Assembly (NCBI GenBank): GCA_900321605.1
Contig: ONWR01000005.1
Location: 39,409-103,408 of the forward strand
Direction: 5' to 3'
DNA from: an uncultured Bacteroidales bacterium
Lineage (GTDB): Bacteria > Bacteroidota > Bacteroidia > Bacteroidales > Paludibacteraceae
DNA length: 64,000 bases
Shown: in pieces, positions 10,639-19,019 of the stretch
How positions within the stretch are numbered: position 1 is the stretch's first letter
Layout of the letters: the number at the start of each line of letters is the position of its first letter
Notes under the pieces: model-generated
Database searches by the model: none
The model's input: only the letters and a program-made list of their open reading frames with translations
What the model was told of the DNA's origin: nothing
Position numbers and translations under genes: made by a program

Positions 10639-12261
10639 TTATTGTAGTTCTTTGAGTGCTCGTTTGAGTTCGTCGTCAAATCGTAACTGGTACGCCGCTT
10701 GTCCTTTCTGATAGTAATAGCGCAGTACGATATCGGCTCCAAGCATCTGTTTGACTTCCTCTTTGTTGCGGAGGATCGCCTCTCTGAAATCGGCTTTGAG
10801 AACCGGTTCCAAGGCTTCGAGTTTCGTTATGGTAGCCGAGTCTATATCTTCGTGTTTTGCCATTTTGAGCATGTCGTCGAAGAATTTGCTGGTCTCCGTC
10901 TCGTATTTATAGCCACGGGTCTCTAACCAGTTGCAGAAATCATTGATCTCTGCATCGCTCAGCTCGAACGACTTAGGATCAGCTATGCTGTCGTGCAAAC
11001 GATGATAGCGGGTAGCGTAGTCAAAGAAATGATTATTGATATACAGCGAGTAGCAAACATCCACTTTGGCGGAGTCGTCCATGACGATGTCCGGCAGAAT
11101 ACCTCCTGCGGTGTCTTTCTTGAGCTCGTGCCCTTTCTGCCGCTCGCTATAATCGATGGCTTGAATGCAACGACCGGAAGGCAGATAGTACTTGCTGGTT
11201 GTCACTTTTATATGTCCTCCGTACGCTACCGGACGCACGTTCTGCACAAGACCTTTTCCGAAAGTACGCTGACCGATGAGTTTGGCTCTTCCAAGGTCTT
11301 GCAGAGCACCGGAGACGATCTCGCTTGCCGAAGCAGAGTTCTTATCCACCAACACTACCAAAGGCAGGTCTTTGTAACGCGGGTTATTGCGGGTCTTGTA
11401 TGTACGGTTGCTATTCGCCACTTTGCCGCGGGTCTCCACGATGGTCATGTCGCGATCCACAAAGAGGTTCACTATCTGAATCGCCTCATCCACGATGCCG
11501 CCTCCGTTTCCACGCAGGTCGATGATCAGTTTGCGTGCACCTTGGTTGTAATACAACTCGTCCAGCGCGTTGGTGAACGCTTGTGCCGAGCCTTCCGTGA
11601 ACTCTCCGAAAGCGATGTAACCCACCGGTTCGGACAGAGAATCAGCTTTATAGACGGTGTAATAACTCACCGGATCTAAATGAATATCCTCACGAACAAT
11701 GGACACTTTGAAGGGTTTCTCAACTCCTTCACGCTCCAACTCCAACACCACAGTAGTACCCGGTACGCCACGAAGATTATTGCTCACCTCGCTGACGGTC
11801 AGTCCTTTCGTCGTCTTACCGTCAATAGATATAATACGATCACCCGCCTGCACGCCCGCGCGTTGAGCCGGTTTGCCTTCATACGGGTTCACGGCATACG
11901 TCCAAAGGCTGTCTTTCGACGGTTTCTTGCTTGCCTTGACTCCCGGACGCGGACGTTGCTGAATAATACTGCCTATACCACCGTACTTGCCGGTAGTCAT
12001 CATACGCAGGTCCTTGTCTTTCTTCTTGGGATAATAGATAGTGTAAGGATCTATCTTACGCAGCATCGCGTTGATGGCTGTCTCTGTCAGATCCTCGTAG
12101 TTGAGGGTATCGACATAGTTCACATCCACCTGACGCAGCACATCGGTGAAGATATTGACGCACTCATCCGCACGGGTAGTGGCTTGTCTGTCCTGTGCTA
12201 TGACAGATGACAGCGGACTGAGAGCCAAAGACAACAGACCTATTAGAACGATTCGTTTCAT
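10639..12261 (-). CDS. S41 family carboxy-terminal processing peptidase
   Basis: Signal peptide, a PDZ region (GVQAGDRIISIDG), and S41 catalytic blocks NSASASEIVSGALQD and TFGKGLVQ. Confidence 0.85.
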   Translation of the reverse strand: MKRIVLIGLLSLALSPLSSVIAQDRQATTRADECVNIFTDVLRQVDVNYVDTLNYEDLTETAINAMLRKIDPYTIYYPKKKDKDLRMMTTGKYGGIGSIIQQRPRPGVKASKKPSKDSLWTYAVNPYEGKPAQRAGVQAGDRIISIDGKTTKGLTVSEVSNNLRGVPGTTVVLELEREGVEKPFKVSIVREDIHLDPVSYYTVYKADSLSEPVGYIAFGEFTEGSAQAFTNALDELYYNQGARKLIIDLRGNGGGIVDEAIQIVNLFVDRDMTIVETRGKVANSNRTYKTRNNPRYKDLPLVVLVDKNSASASEIVSGALQDLGRAKLIGQRTFGKGLVQNVRPVAYGGHIKVTTSKYYLPSGRCIQAIDYSERQKGHELKKDTAGGILPDIVMDDSAKVDVCYSLYINNHFFDYATRYHRLHDSIADPKSFELSDAEINDFCNWLETRGYKYETETSKFFDDMLKMAKHEDIDSATITKLEALEPVLKADFREAILRNKEEVKQMLGADIVLRYYYQKGQAAYQLRFDDELKRALKELQ

Positions 12262-12707
12262 CTTAATGTGTTGGGAACAAATTCACTAACATCCTTTCCG
12301 TAAGCGTACAAATCACGCACGAGGGTAGAGGAGATGTGTGCATACTCCGGACGGGTATAGAGGATCACGGTCTCGATGCCGCCTATTTGCTTGTTCGCCT
12401 CCGCCATGTTGCGCTCGTACTCAAAATCGCCGATGCAACGCATTCCGCGAAGGATGAACTGTGCTTCTTGCTCTTTCGCAAAATCAACGGTCAGACAATC
12501 ATAAATAGCCACCTTGACACGCGGCTCGTCTGCAAAGATCTTACGGATTGCTTCCTCACGCTCTCGAATCGGGAAAGTCTCTTTCTTGGTACTATTACGA
12601 CCGATACCTATAATAATCTCATCAAATAACTCCAGACCACGCTTCACAATATCATAGTGGCCGACGGTAAAAGGATCAAACGATCCCGGGAAAATAGCTC
12701 TTTTCAT
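12258..12707 (-). CDS. coaD: Pantetheine-phosphate adenylyltransferase
   Basis: FPGSFDPFTVGHYDIV (the HxGH-type motif) and ISSTLVR; 149 aa. There is a 4-nt overlap with the downstream gene. Confidence 0.9.
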   Translation of the reverse strand: MKRAIFPGSFDPFTVGHYDIVKRGLELFDEIIIGIGRNSTKKETFPIREREEAIRKIFADEPRVKVAIYDCLTVDFAKEQEAQFILRGMRCIGDFEYERNMAEANKQIGGIETVILYTRPEYAHISSTLVRDLYAYGKDVSEFVPNTLR

Positions 12708-12725
12708 TGTATTATCTTTCTCTTT

Positions 12726-13727
12726 TTAATTACACATTTCTTTTGCTTTCCGGTAGTTGATCTCCGGGAAGCGGTACATCTCATATAGTTTCTCGCGCAG
12801 GAACACCTCGTCTTTATTCGGGATGTCAATCAACGCAAGCCTGCTCTCAATGTACTTATCAAATTCCGTGCCACGCTCAAAAAGCTCGTAGCCCAAATGA
12901 ATATGACGGTCGATGAGGTCACATATATGCTGCAACTGATCGTGGTTCGATTGCTCGCGGTACTCAGGGTGCTCCGCCAACATCGCATCTATCTCGGGAT
13001 TGATACTCGGCGTCAGACGATAGACCACACGTCCTTTGTAACCGTTAATACCTGTTTTCATCGAGATGACATCATCCCGCTTGGACTTACGCCATTTGGG
13101 ATTGTCACGCTTCAGTTGCATCTCTGCTGCCTTGAGGTAGTCGCAAGGATCGAACTCATACGAGATACTCACCGGACAGATATTAAGCGCTTTGATGTTC
13201 TCATAAAGGTCTCCTTCTCCCATGGTCAGCATATGCAGCACGCTCGCTTGCGTCAGATCATTACTGTCCTTGGCACGCCCTTCACGTTGTGCAAGCCAAA
13301 TCGACTTACCTTGGTCACGCAGCTGACGGATGTACGCAGATAGCTCTTTGGAGTTCTCCAACTGTGCATGTGCGCCAACACCGCGTTTGACTGCAAAGCA
13401 ACGGTTGAAACGCATAAAATGTTCTATCCACGGTTTGGCAAAGAGATTATTGCCAACTCCCATGAACGGACGGATGAAATAACGGGTACGCAACAGATAA
13501 GAGAGCCAAGCCGCATCCATGACGATGTCACGATGGTTCGTGATAAAGAACGCGCCATGTTGGATGTCTTTCTCAATCACTTTCTTGTCGCCAAGGAACT
13601 CCAATTTGAGACTTTTCGCACGTCTCCATGCAAGCAGCTGAAGGAGCGGAAACAGAATAAGAAAATCCGTTACGGGCAACAGCCCTCCCACACGATAAGC
13701 GCGTATATCCTTAAAATCATTTTTCAT
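12726..13727 (-). CDS. Lysophospholipid/glycerol acyltransferase family protein
   Basis: H(x4)D acyltransferase motif in FFITNHRDIVMD; 333 aa. Confidence 0.6.
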   Translation of the reverse strand: MKNDFKDIRAYRVGGLLPVTDFLILFPLLQLLAWRRAKSLKLEFLGDKKVIEKDIQHGAFFITNHRDIVMDAAWLSYLLRTRYFIRPFMGVGNNLFAKPWIEHFMRFNRCFAVKRGVGAHAQLENSKELSAYIRQLRDQGKSIWLAQREGRAKDSNDLTQASVLHMLTMGEGDLYENIKALNICPVSISYEFDPCDYLKAAEMQLKRDNPKWRKSKRDDVISMKTGINGYKGRVVYRLTPSINPEIDAMLAEHPEYREQSNHDQLQHICDLIDRHIHLGYELFERGTEFDKYIESRLALIDIPNKDEVFLREKLYEMYRFPEINYRKAKEMCN

Positions 13728-13736
13728 ATATCCAAA

Positions 13737-14102
13737 TCAATTATCCGTACTCATATACTTGTCCAGCGCATCCTTGCTCGCCTCGCGATAAGCGACCATC
13801 AGTCCGCCTGTGCCAAGGAGTGTGCCGCCGAAATAACGAACTACGACTACCAAGATATTATCCAAATTACGGGCATCGATAGAGCGGAGTATAGGAGCTC
13901 CGGCAGTTCCGTGAGGCTCGCCGTCGTCTTTGGTCCGCCATAAATTGGCGCCCAGACGGTAAGCATAGCATACATGACGCGCGTCATGGTATTTCTTCTT
14001 ATACCATGCAATACGTGTTTTCGCTTGCTCCTCATCCCTTATGGGCTCTGCAAAAGCAAGGAACTTGCTCCCACGGTCTTTATAGATACCTTCTGCTACC
14101 AC
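13737..14102 (-). CDS. IMPACT/YigZ family protein, N-terminal domain only (121 aa)
   Basis: Blocks HVCYAYRLG, DDGEPHGTAGAPIL and VVVVRYFGGTLLG. The start is a GTG. The C-terminal DUF1949-type domain of full-length YigZ is absent. Confidence 0.7.
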   Translation of the reverse strand: MVAEGIYKDRGSKFLAFAEPIRDEEQAKTRIAWYKKKYHDARHVCYAYRLGANLWRTKDDGEPHGTAGAPILRSIDARNLDNILVVVVRYFGGTLLGTGGLMVAYREASKDALDKYMSTDN

Positions 14103-14122
14103 GTTTTTAACAGTTTAACTCT

Positions 14123-14151
14123 TTAACGTTCACGCAGTGAACCATTTTAAC
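14123..14151 (-). repeat. REP-like intercistronic hairpin element, copy 1
   Basis: Exact reverse complement of 30704-30732 (GTTAAAATGGTTCACTGCGTGAACGTTAA). The 6-bp stem is GTTCAC/GTGAAC. Confidence 0.8.
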
Positions 14152-15485
14152 TATTTAACGTTAAGCTTCAGCTTAACCCGAATATCCTCCGGAATAGCGT
14201 TTTTATGAACGAGCACGTCATTCGTCTTGTATTTCATAAACGCCTCGCTGATGTACCAGATACCCTTGTAGTCCGATTTCATCGTTCCCCATGAGTTCTT
14301 CACCATGTAATACCGTTTGCCGTTCTGATCTTTGGCGGTTCCGAAGATCTGCATGCCATGGTCATCCGTGGTCTCCCAGTTGTCGTAAGCCTGTTGACGC
14401 ATCTCCTGCGTGATCTCTTTCTCCGGCAGAGGTTTCTTGGTCAGCTCTTCTTTCTGCTGGTCTTTGGTCATTCCGACCCACTTTGCCATGTCGCTGCCGG
14501 TCAGATCTGCTCCTTTGTCATCATCGGGAATGACGCCAATTCCTTTGCGGGTAAAACCAACTTCGCTCACATCGGCGCCCCAAGCAAGCGTATAACCGGT
14601 ATTGAGGGCATTGTCAATAACACGCATCAGCTCGTCAATAGGCAGGTTGTACATCTGATCCATGCGCCAGTTGTCCGGCACTTCAAGTGCAAAAGTCTGA
14701 TAGAAAGGATGATGCGTATAGCTGGTCAGCGATACATAATCATCTGCGTCCAAACCCAGCTCTTCTACGAAACTCTGCGGAGTGTACATCTCGCCTTCAT
14801 ACTTGAACTCCTTCGGACATCTGCCTAAATACGTGTTGTAAATAGCCTGCAAACCCTCACGCCAAACCGGAGTCAGTTTCTTGAGTCCCGAAAGTGCATT
14901 CAGATAACCCGAAGCCACCTTGTCCAACTCCGCATGTACCGGCAGAGTATCCGCAGGGCTTGAACCGTAACGGATTCCCGGCATCGCTTCTTGCGGCACG
15001 AGGCCGTAGTGCTTCATACAGTAGATCACGTCATATGCGCTACCACCTGGCGCAAACTTCACATCGTTATACATCCGTACGCAGTACGTAGCACGATCCA
15101 TCATCGTCTTATTCACTACGAACATCTCTGCGAAGTCCACTTCTTTGCCCTTCGTACGGAGCACTTCGGACTCCAAGAAACCAAGGGTAGAGTATGCCCA
15201 GCAAGTACTGCTGCGATGTTGGTCCTTAACCGGCGTGATAGCTACGCTGTCCACAGTGGTGAAATGCCAACCTTCCGCTGTGTCTTTCTCGGCTACGGTA
15301 GTGTCCTTAGCCACTACAGCAGCTGTGTCTTGGATATGCTGCTCTGCGATGACGGCGGAGTCGGGTAGTACCGTTTGTACGATGGTGTCGCTGCTAATAA
15401 CAGTCGGTTCGCTGACTACAACGCTTGTGTCAGCTACACTATTTGCGCTCAGCAAAAGAGATGCAAAAATAGAAATAAATGTCAT
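14151..15485 (-). CDS. C1 family cysteine peptidase (aminopeptidase C/bleomycin hydrolase-like)
   Basis: Signal peptide and the catalytic Cys context QHRSSTCWAYS. The C-terminal NSWG block is present. Confidence 0.8.
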   Translation of the reverse strand: MTFISIFASLLLSANSVADTSVVVSEPTVISSDTIVQTVLPDSAVIAEQHIQDTAAVVAKDTTVAEKDTAEGWHFTTVDSVAITPVKDQHRSSTCWAYSTLGFLESEVLRTKGKEVDFAEMFVVNKTMMDRATYCVRMYNDVKFAPGGSAYDVIYCMKHYGLVPQEAMPGIRYGSSPADTLPVHAELDKVASGYLNALSGLKKLTPVWREGLQAIYNTYLGRCPKEFKYEGEMYTPQSFVEELGLDADDYVSLTSYTHHPFYQTFALEVPDNWRMDQMYNLPIDELMRVIDNALNTGYTLAWGADVSEVGFTRKGIGVIPDDDKGADLTGSDMAKWVGMTKDQQKEELTKKPLPEKEITQEMRQQAYDNWETTDDHGMQIFGTAKDQNGKRYYMVKNSWGTMKSDYKGIWYISEAFMKYKTNDVLVHKNAIPEDIRVKLKLNVK

Positions 15486-15496
15486 ATTATACTTGT

Positions 15497-15919
15497 TTAA
15501 TTCGTTAATACTTGGTTAAAAATAACGGTCACGGGAGTTTCTTCCACGACCAAATGGAAGGTCAGCGTTTTCTCAGTAAGGTCATATGTCCCGATGATGA
15601 GCGTTCCTTTATACATGCCGATGCCCCGGTCTCCTGTTACATTTTTGATGACAATATACACCTTGGAGTTATTCTTGGTGGCATAAGTACCATCAGCTGC
15701 TGTTTCGGGAAGATTTGTCGAGAGATAGCATCGATTTTCTACGAACGACAATTTCAGACTAATACTGTCAAGCTTTCCTTCCCATTGAGTACCGTCCAGT
15801 TCCGTAGTGGAAGAAGGCGGCTCATTGGGTGCTTCGTCCTTTTTGTTACAGCTGATCCACGCAAAGGACATCATAGCTAACAGGGCGAATAGAAATAGTT
15901 TTGTCTTCATCTTGGTCAC
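15497..15919 (-). CDS. Hypothetical lipoprotein
   Basis: Signal peptide with a lipobox-like WISC; 140 aa. No domain was recognised. Confidence 0.5.
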   Translation of the reverse strand: MTKMKTKLFLFALLAMMSFAWISCNKKDEAPNEPPSSTTELDGTQWEGKLDSISLKLSFVENRCYLSTNLPETAADGTYATKNNSKVYIVIKNVTGDRGIGMYKGTLIIGTYDLTEKTLTFHLVVEETPVTVIFNQVLTN

Positions 15920-15926
15920 TCTCTCT

Positions 15927-17033
15927 TTATTCAGGGAATTCCATCAGATACGCTTTGATGAAGGCATCAATGTCTCCGTCCATAACGGCATTCACATTCG
16001 AAGTCTGATAGTTCGTACGATGGTCTTTCACACGACGGTCATCGAAGACATACGAACGGATCTGTGAACCCCATTCGATCTTTTTCTTGCCAGCCTCCAC
16101 TTTCGCTTGAGCTTGACGCCTTTTCTCCAACTCCAACTCATAGAGCTGTGACCGCAAGTGACGCAAAGCGTTCTCACGGTTCTTAGGCTGATCACGTGTC
16201 TCCGTATTCTCAATAACGATCTCGTCGGGTTGATTCGTCAGCGGGTTGACGAACTTATAGTGCAAACGAACGCCGGACTCCACTTTGTTGACGTTCTGAC
16301 CGCCGGCTCCGGACGAACGGAAGGTGTCCCAACTCAGTCCTGCTGGATTCACTTCCACTTCGATTGTATCATCAATCAGAGGCACTACAAACACCGAAGC
16401 AAAAGAAGTCATTCGTTTGCCTTGCGCGTTATAAGGAGAAACACGCACGAGACGATGAACGCCGTTCTCGGATTTCAGGTAACCATATGCCATGTCACCC
16501 TCGATATTGAAGGTAACTGTCTTGATTCCTGCCTCATCGCCTTCCTGCAAGTTCGCAATCGTCACTTTGTAATCATGTTTCTCGCAATACCTCTGGTACA
16601 TGCGCATGAGCTGTTCAGCCCAGTCCTGGGCTTCTGTTCCACCGGCTCCGGCAACGATCTTCAAAACCGCAGGCATCTGATCTTCCTCATGCGAAAGCAT
16701 ATTCTTCATCTCCAAATCCTCCACGGCAGAGAGTGCATGTGCATAAGCAGCATCCACTTCCTCTTCCGTCACCAGCTCCTCTTTGTAATAATCAAAACTC
16801 AGAGACAACTCTTCCACAGCAGCCCGAACACTTTCGTAACCTTCGATCCATCGTTTGATGCCTTTCACCTTACGCATCTGTGCCTCTGCTGCTTTCGCAT
16901 CATCCCAGAAACCGGGAGCCTGTGTGTGCAGTTCTTCTTCCTCCAACTGAATACGTTTCTCGTCTATCTGCAAGTACGCTTTTAACTTATCCGCACGCAG
17001 CTGTACATCTTTCAATTGTTCAATAGTTATCAT
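15927..17033 (-). CDS. prfB: Peptide chain release factor 2 (uninterrupted ORF)
   Basis: GGQ motif (SGAGGQNVNKVES), an RF2-type tripeptide region (VRVSPYNAQGKR) and QIRSYV; 368 aa. Confidence 0.9.
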   Translation of the reverse strand: MITIEQLKDVQLRADKLKAYLQIDEKRIQLEEEELHTQAPGFWDDAKAAEAQMRKVKGIKRWIEGYESVRAAVEELSLSFDYYKEELVTEEEVDAAYAHALSAVEDLEMKNMLSHEEDQMPAVLKIVAGAGGTEAQDWAEQLMRMYQRYCEKHDYKVTIANLQEGDEAGIKTVTFNIEGDMAYGYLKSENGVHRLVRVSPYNAQGKRMTSFASVFVVPLIDDTIEVEVNPAGLSWDTFRSSGAGGQNVNKVESGVRLHYKFVNPLTNQPDEIVIENTETRDQPKNRENALRHLRSQLYELELEKRRQAQAKVEAGKKKIEWGSQIRSYVFDDRRVKDHRTNYQTSNVNAVMDGDIDAFIKAYLMEFPE

Positions 17034-17060
17034 AAATCTGTATTGTTATCTTAATCAGTA

Positions 17061-17190
17061 TTGTTTTCCGGAGTCTCTCTCTTTTTTGTTTTCCGGAGTC
17101 TGTTCCTTTTTTGTTTTCCGGAGTTTGTTCCTTTTTTATGAGTCTCTCTCTTTTTTATGAGTCTGTCTCGTTTTTACGAGTCAGTATTTG
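17061..17190. repeat. Tandem repeats in the prfB leader (3 x 25 bp, then 3 x about 19 bp)
   Basis: The 25-bp unit TTGTTTTCCGGAGTCT(C/G)T(C/T)(T/C)CTTTT occurs three times. Three TTA(T/C)GAGTC... units follow. Confidence 0.9.
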
Positions 17191-17235
17191 ACCCATAAAA
17201 TAAAAGTCTGTAATTAGCCAAATTAAAATAGCGTG

Positions 17236-17267
17236 CAAAGGTACAACTTTTTTTTGACATATGCAAA
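17236..17267 (-). promoter_or_regulatory. Bacteroidota-type promoter (-33 TTTG / -7 TACCTTTG) facing prfB
   Basis: The plus strand reads CAAAGGTA-N20-CAAA. The same extended GCAAAGGTA...TATGCAAAT architecture is seen at five other minus-strand promoters. Confidence 0.65.
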
Positions 17268-17326
17268 TAAAATGAATTAAAAATTCAAAATTCTTCTTTT
17301 CTTTCCTAAAGAACAGAGCAACTATG

Positions 17327-17392
17327 GCTCAATTACTGCTCAATTACTGCTCAACTACGGCTCAACTACTGCTCAACTACCGCTCAACTACG
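17327..17392. repeat. 6 x 11-bp tandem repeat GCTCAA(C/T)TAC(N)
   Basis: Six direct head-to-tail units lie between the divergent prfB and V-ATPase promoters. Confidence 0.9.
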
Positions 17393-17531
17393 AGGTAAGA
17401 ACGGGGCTTTCTACAGCCAAATACGATGCAACTACGATATCATACCAAAGGATACCCCAAACTTACCCAAAGGATACCCATAGGATAGACACCTGTTTTT
17501 GTCCAAAAACACGCTTTTTCACGCTATATAC

Positions 17532-17555
17532 TATATAATACTTTAGTATTATATA
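17532..17555. promoter_or_regulatory. Perfect 24-bp palindrome TATATAATACT-TT-AGTATTATATA, a candidate operator
   Basis: Its half-site GTATTATATA is shared with the palindrome at 39389-39413. It lies about 70 bp upstream of the V-ATPase -7 box. Confidence 0.4.
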
Positions 17556-17595
17556 CTTTTTGTCGTATTTTCTCAAAATATAAAAAAAAGTCATA

Positions 17596-17631
17596 TTTGC
17601 TTGCATATGTCAAAAATTTTTTGTAACTTTG
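17596..17631 (+). promoter_or_regulatory. Bacteroidota-type promoter for the V-ATPase operon (-7 TAACTTTG)
   Basis: TTG-N20-TAACTTTG, 36 nt upstream of the ATG at 17668. Confidence 0.65.
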
Positions 17632-17667
17632 CGCCCAAATTGCGAATAATTAAAATCTATATACACA

Positions 17668-18252
17668 ATGAACTTATCAGAAATCACTGAGAAAATCTAT
17701 GCTGAAGGCGTAGAGAAAGGAAATGCGCAGGCACAAGAGATTGTTGCGCAGGCGAATGAAAAAGCAGCTGCTATCATTGCCGAGGCAGAGAAAAAAGCCG
17801 CTGCCTTGGTGGCTGAAGCAGAGACCAAGTCTGCTGATCTGGACAAGAAAACACGCGCAGAGTTAAAACTGTATGCGGAGCAGAGTGTGAACGCCGTTAA
17901 GACGGAGATCGTCAATCTGCTCTCTGACCAAATTGCTGCAGACAGCGTAAAAGCCGCTACTGCGGATGCGAAGTTTATGCAGGGTCTGATTGCAAAGCTG
18001 GCTGAGCAGATGGCGAAAGATGGAGAAGTGCTGATAGAAGCTAAGGATGCAGAGGCGTTGAAGAAATACTTTGCAGCTAACGCTAAAGCGCTCTTGGACA
18101 AAGGTGTGAAGATCGCAGAGGTGAAAGGTATCAAGACAGACTTTACCGTTCAGCCTGCTAAGGGCGGTTACAAGCTCGCTTTCGGTGACGCAGAGTTCAT
18201 TGCGTACTTCAAAGAGATGCTCCGTCCCCAACTCGTTGAGATGCTCTTTTAA
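17668..18252 (+). CDS. ntpE: V-type ATP synthase subunit E
   Basis: 194 aa, Ala/Glu/Lys-rich coiled-coil N-terminus. It is the first gene of the V-ATPase cluster. Confidence 0.75.
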   Translation: MNLSEITEKIYAEGVEKGNAQAQEIVAQANEKAAAIIAEAEKKAAALVAEAETKSADLDKKTRAELKLYAEQSVNAVKTEIVNLLSDQIAADSVKAATADAKFMQGLIAKLAEQMAKDGEVLIEAKDAEALKKYFAANAKALLDKGVKIAEVKGIKTDFTVQPAKGGYKLAFGDAEFIAYFKEMLRPQLVEMLF

Positions 18253-18329
18253 TCGTACATATATCGTACATCGTACATCTTTAAATCGTACATAAATCGT
18301 ACATCGTACATCTTTAAATCGTACATCTC
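18253..18329. repeat. CGTACAT heptamer array (about 9 copies, organised as about 33-bp super-units)
   Basis: AATCGTACATATATCGTACATCGTACATCTTTA occurs twice, plus a partial copy. The array fills the whole spacer up to the next ATG. Confidence 0.9.
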
Positions 18330-18944
18330 ATGACTTACGAATATTTACTTGCCGGACTGCCTGAGTTGAAAGCAGGTTCAGACGCACCCATTAGTCTCGA
18401 AAAACTCGATGAGTTGTTCGATGAGCAGTTGGCTGCGTCCGACAAGACCTTGTTGGACTTGCTTCGTGCGCCTATGAATGAGGAGACATTGGAGCAGGGT
18501 CTCAAGGCTAAGAACCGCTTCATTCGGGAATGGTTTGGCTTTAATCAGGATATGAACAACGTGCTCGTGGCGCAAATATGCCGCAAGCACGGCTTTGATG
18601 TCAAGACCCAGATCGTGGGAGAAGGCGAAGTGGCGGAGCAACTACGCACGCACACCTCTCAAAAGGACTTCGGTCTGAACGAGCTTCCGGGCGACTACCA
18701 AGCGATCCTTTCTCTCGCGCAGATAGAGAACCTCATGGAGCGTGAGAAAGCGATGGATGCAATCCGCTTCGGATGGCTCCAAGAGCGCACGGAGTTTGAT
18801 TTCTTCTCTCCGGAGATGGTGTTCGCTTATTACCTTGAAGCTATCATGCTCCATCGCTGGTCTATCCTCACCGTCGAAGAAGGCGAAAAGATCTTCCGTG
18901 ATCTCGTAGCTGACATGAAGAAAGGAGTAAAGCTTGACGCGTAG
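18330..18944 (+). CDS. DUF2764-like protein (putative V-ATPase subunit C equivalent)
   Basis: Its position between subunits E and A matches Bacteroidota V-ATPase operons; 204 aa. The family assignment is from memory of the operon architecture. Confidence 0.6.
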   Translation: MTYEYLLAGLPELKAGSDAPISLEKLDELFDEQLAASDKTLLDLLRAPMNEETLEQGLKAKNRFIREWFGFNQDMNNVLVAQICRKHGFDVKTQIVGEGEVAEQLRTHTSQKDFGLNELPGDYQAILSLAQIENLMEREKAMDAIRFGWLQERTEFDFFSPEMVFAYYLEAIMLHRWSILTVEEGEKIFRDLVADMKKGVKLDA

Positions 18945-19019
18945 CGAGATATTAATTATTCATTGTTAATTACTCTAGCGAGATATTAATTATTCATTGT
19001 TAATTATTAATTATTCTAT
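18942..19019. repeat. 2 x 34-bp direct repeat that begins with the stop codon of the upstream gene
   Basis: TAGCGAGATATTAATTATTCATTGTTAATTA(CTC/TTA) occurs twice, followed by ATTATTCTAT and the ATG. Confidence 0.9.

Noticed and set aside
10623-10742. Upstream extension of the Crp/Fnr ORF that overlaps the S41 protease gene by about 100 nt.
   Set aside because: The internal ATG at 10622 gives a normal-length regulator and removes the overlap. The extension has no homology-like features.
13737-14102. Truncated YigZ as a pseudogene.
   Set aside because: The ORF is intact with conserved core blocks. Single-domain IMPACT-family proteins exist, and I cannot tell a natural short form from a truncation without homologue lengths.
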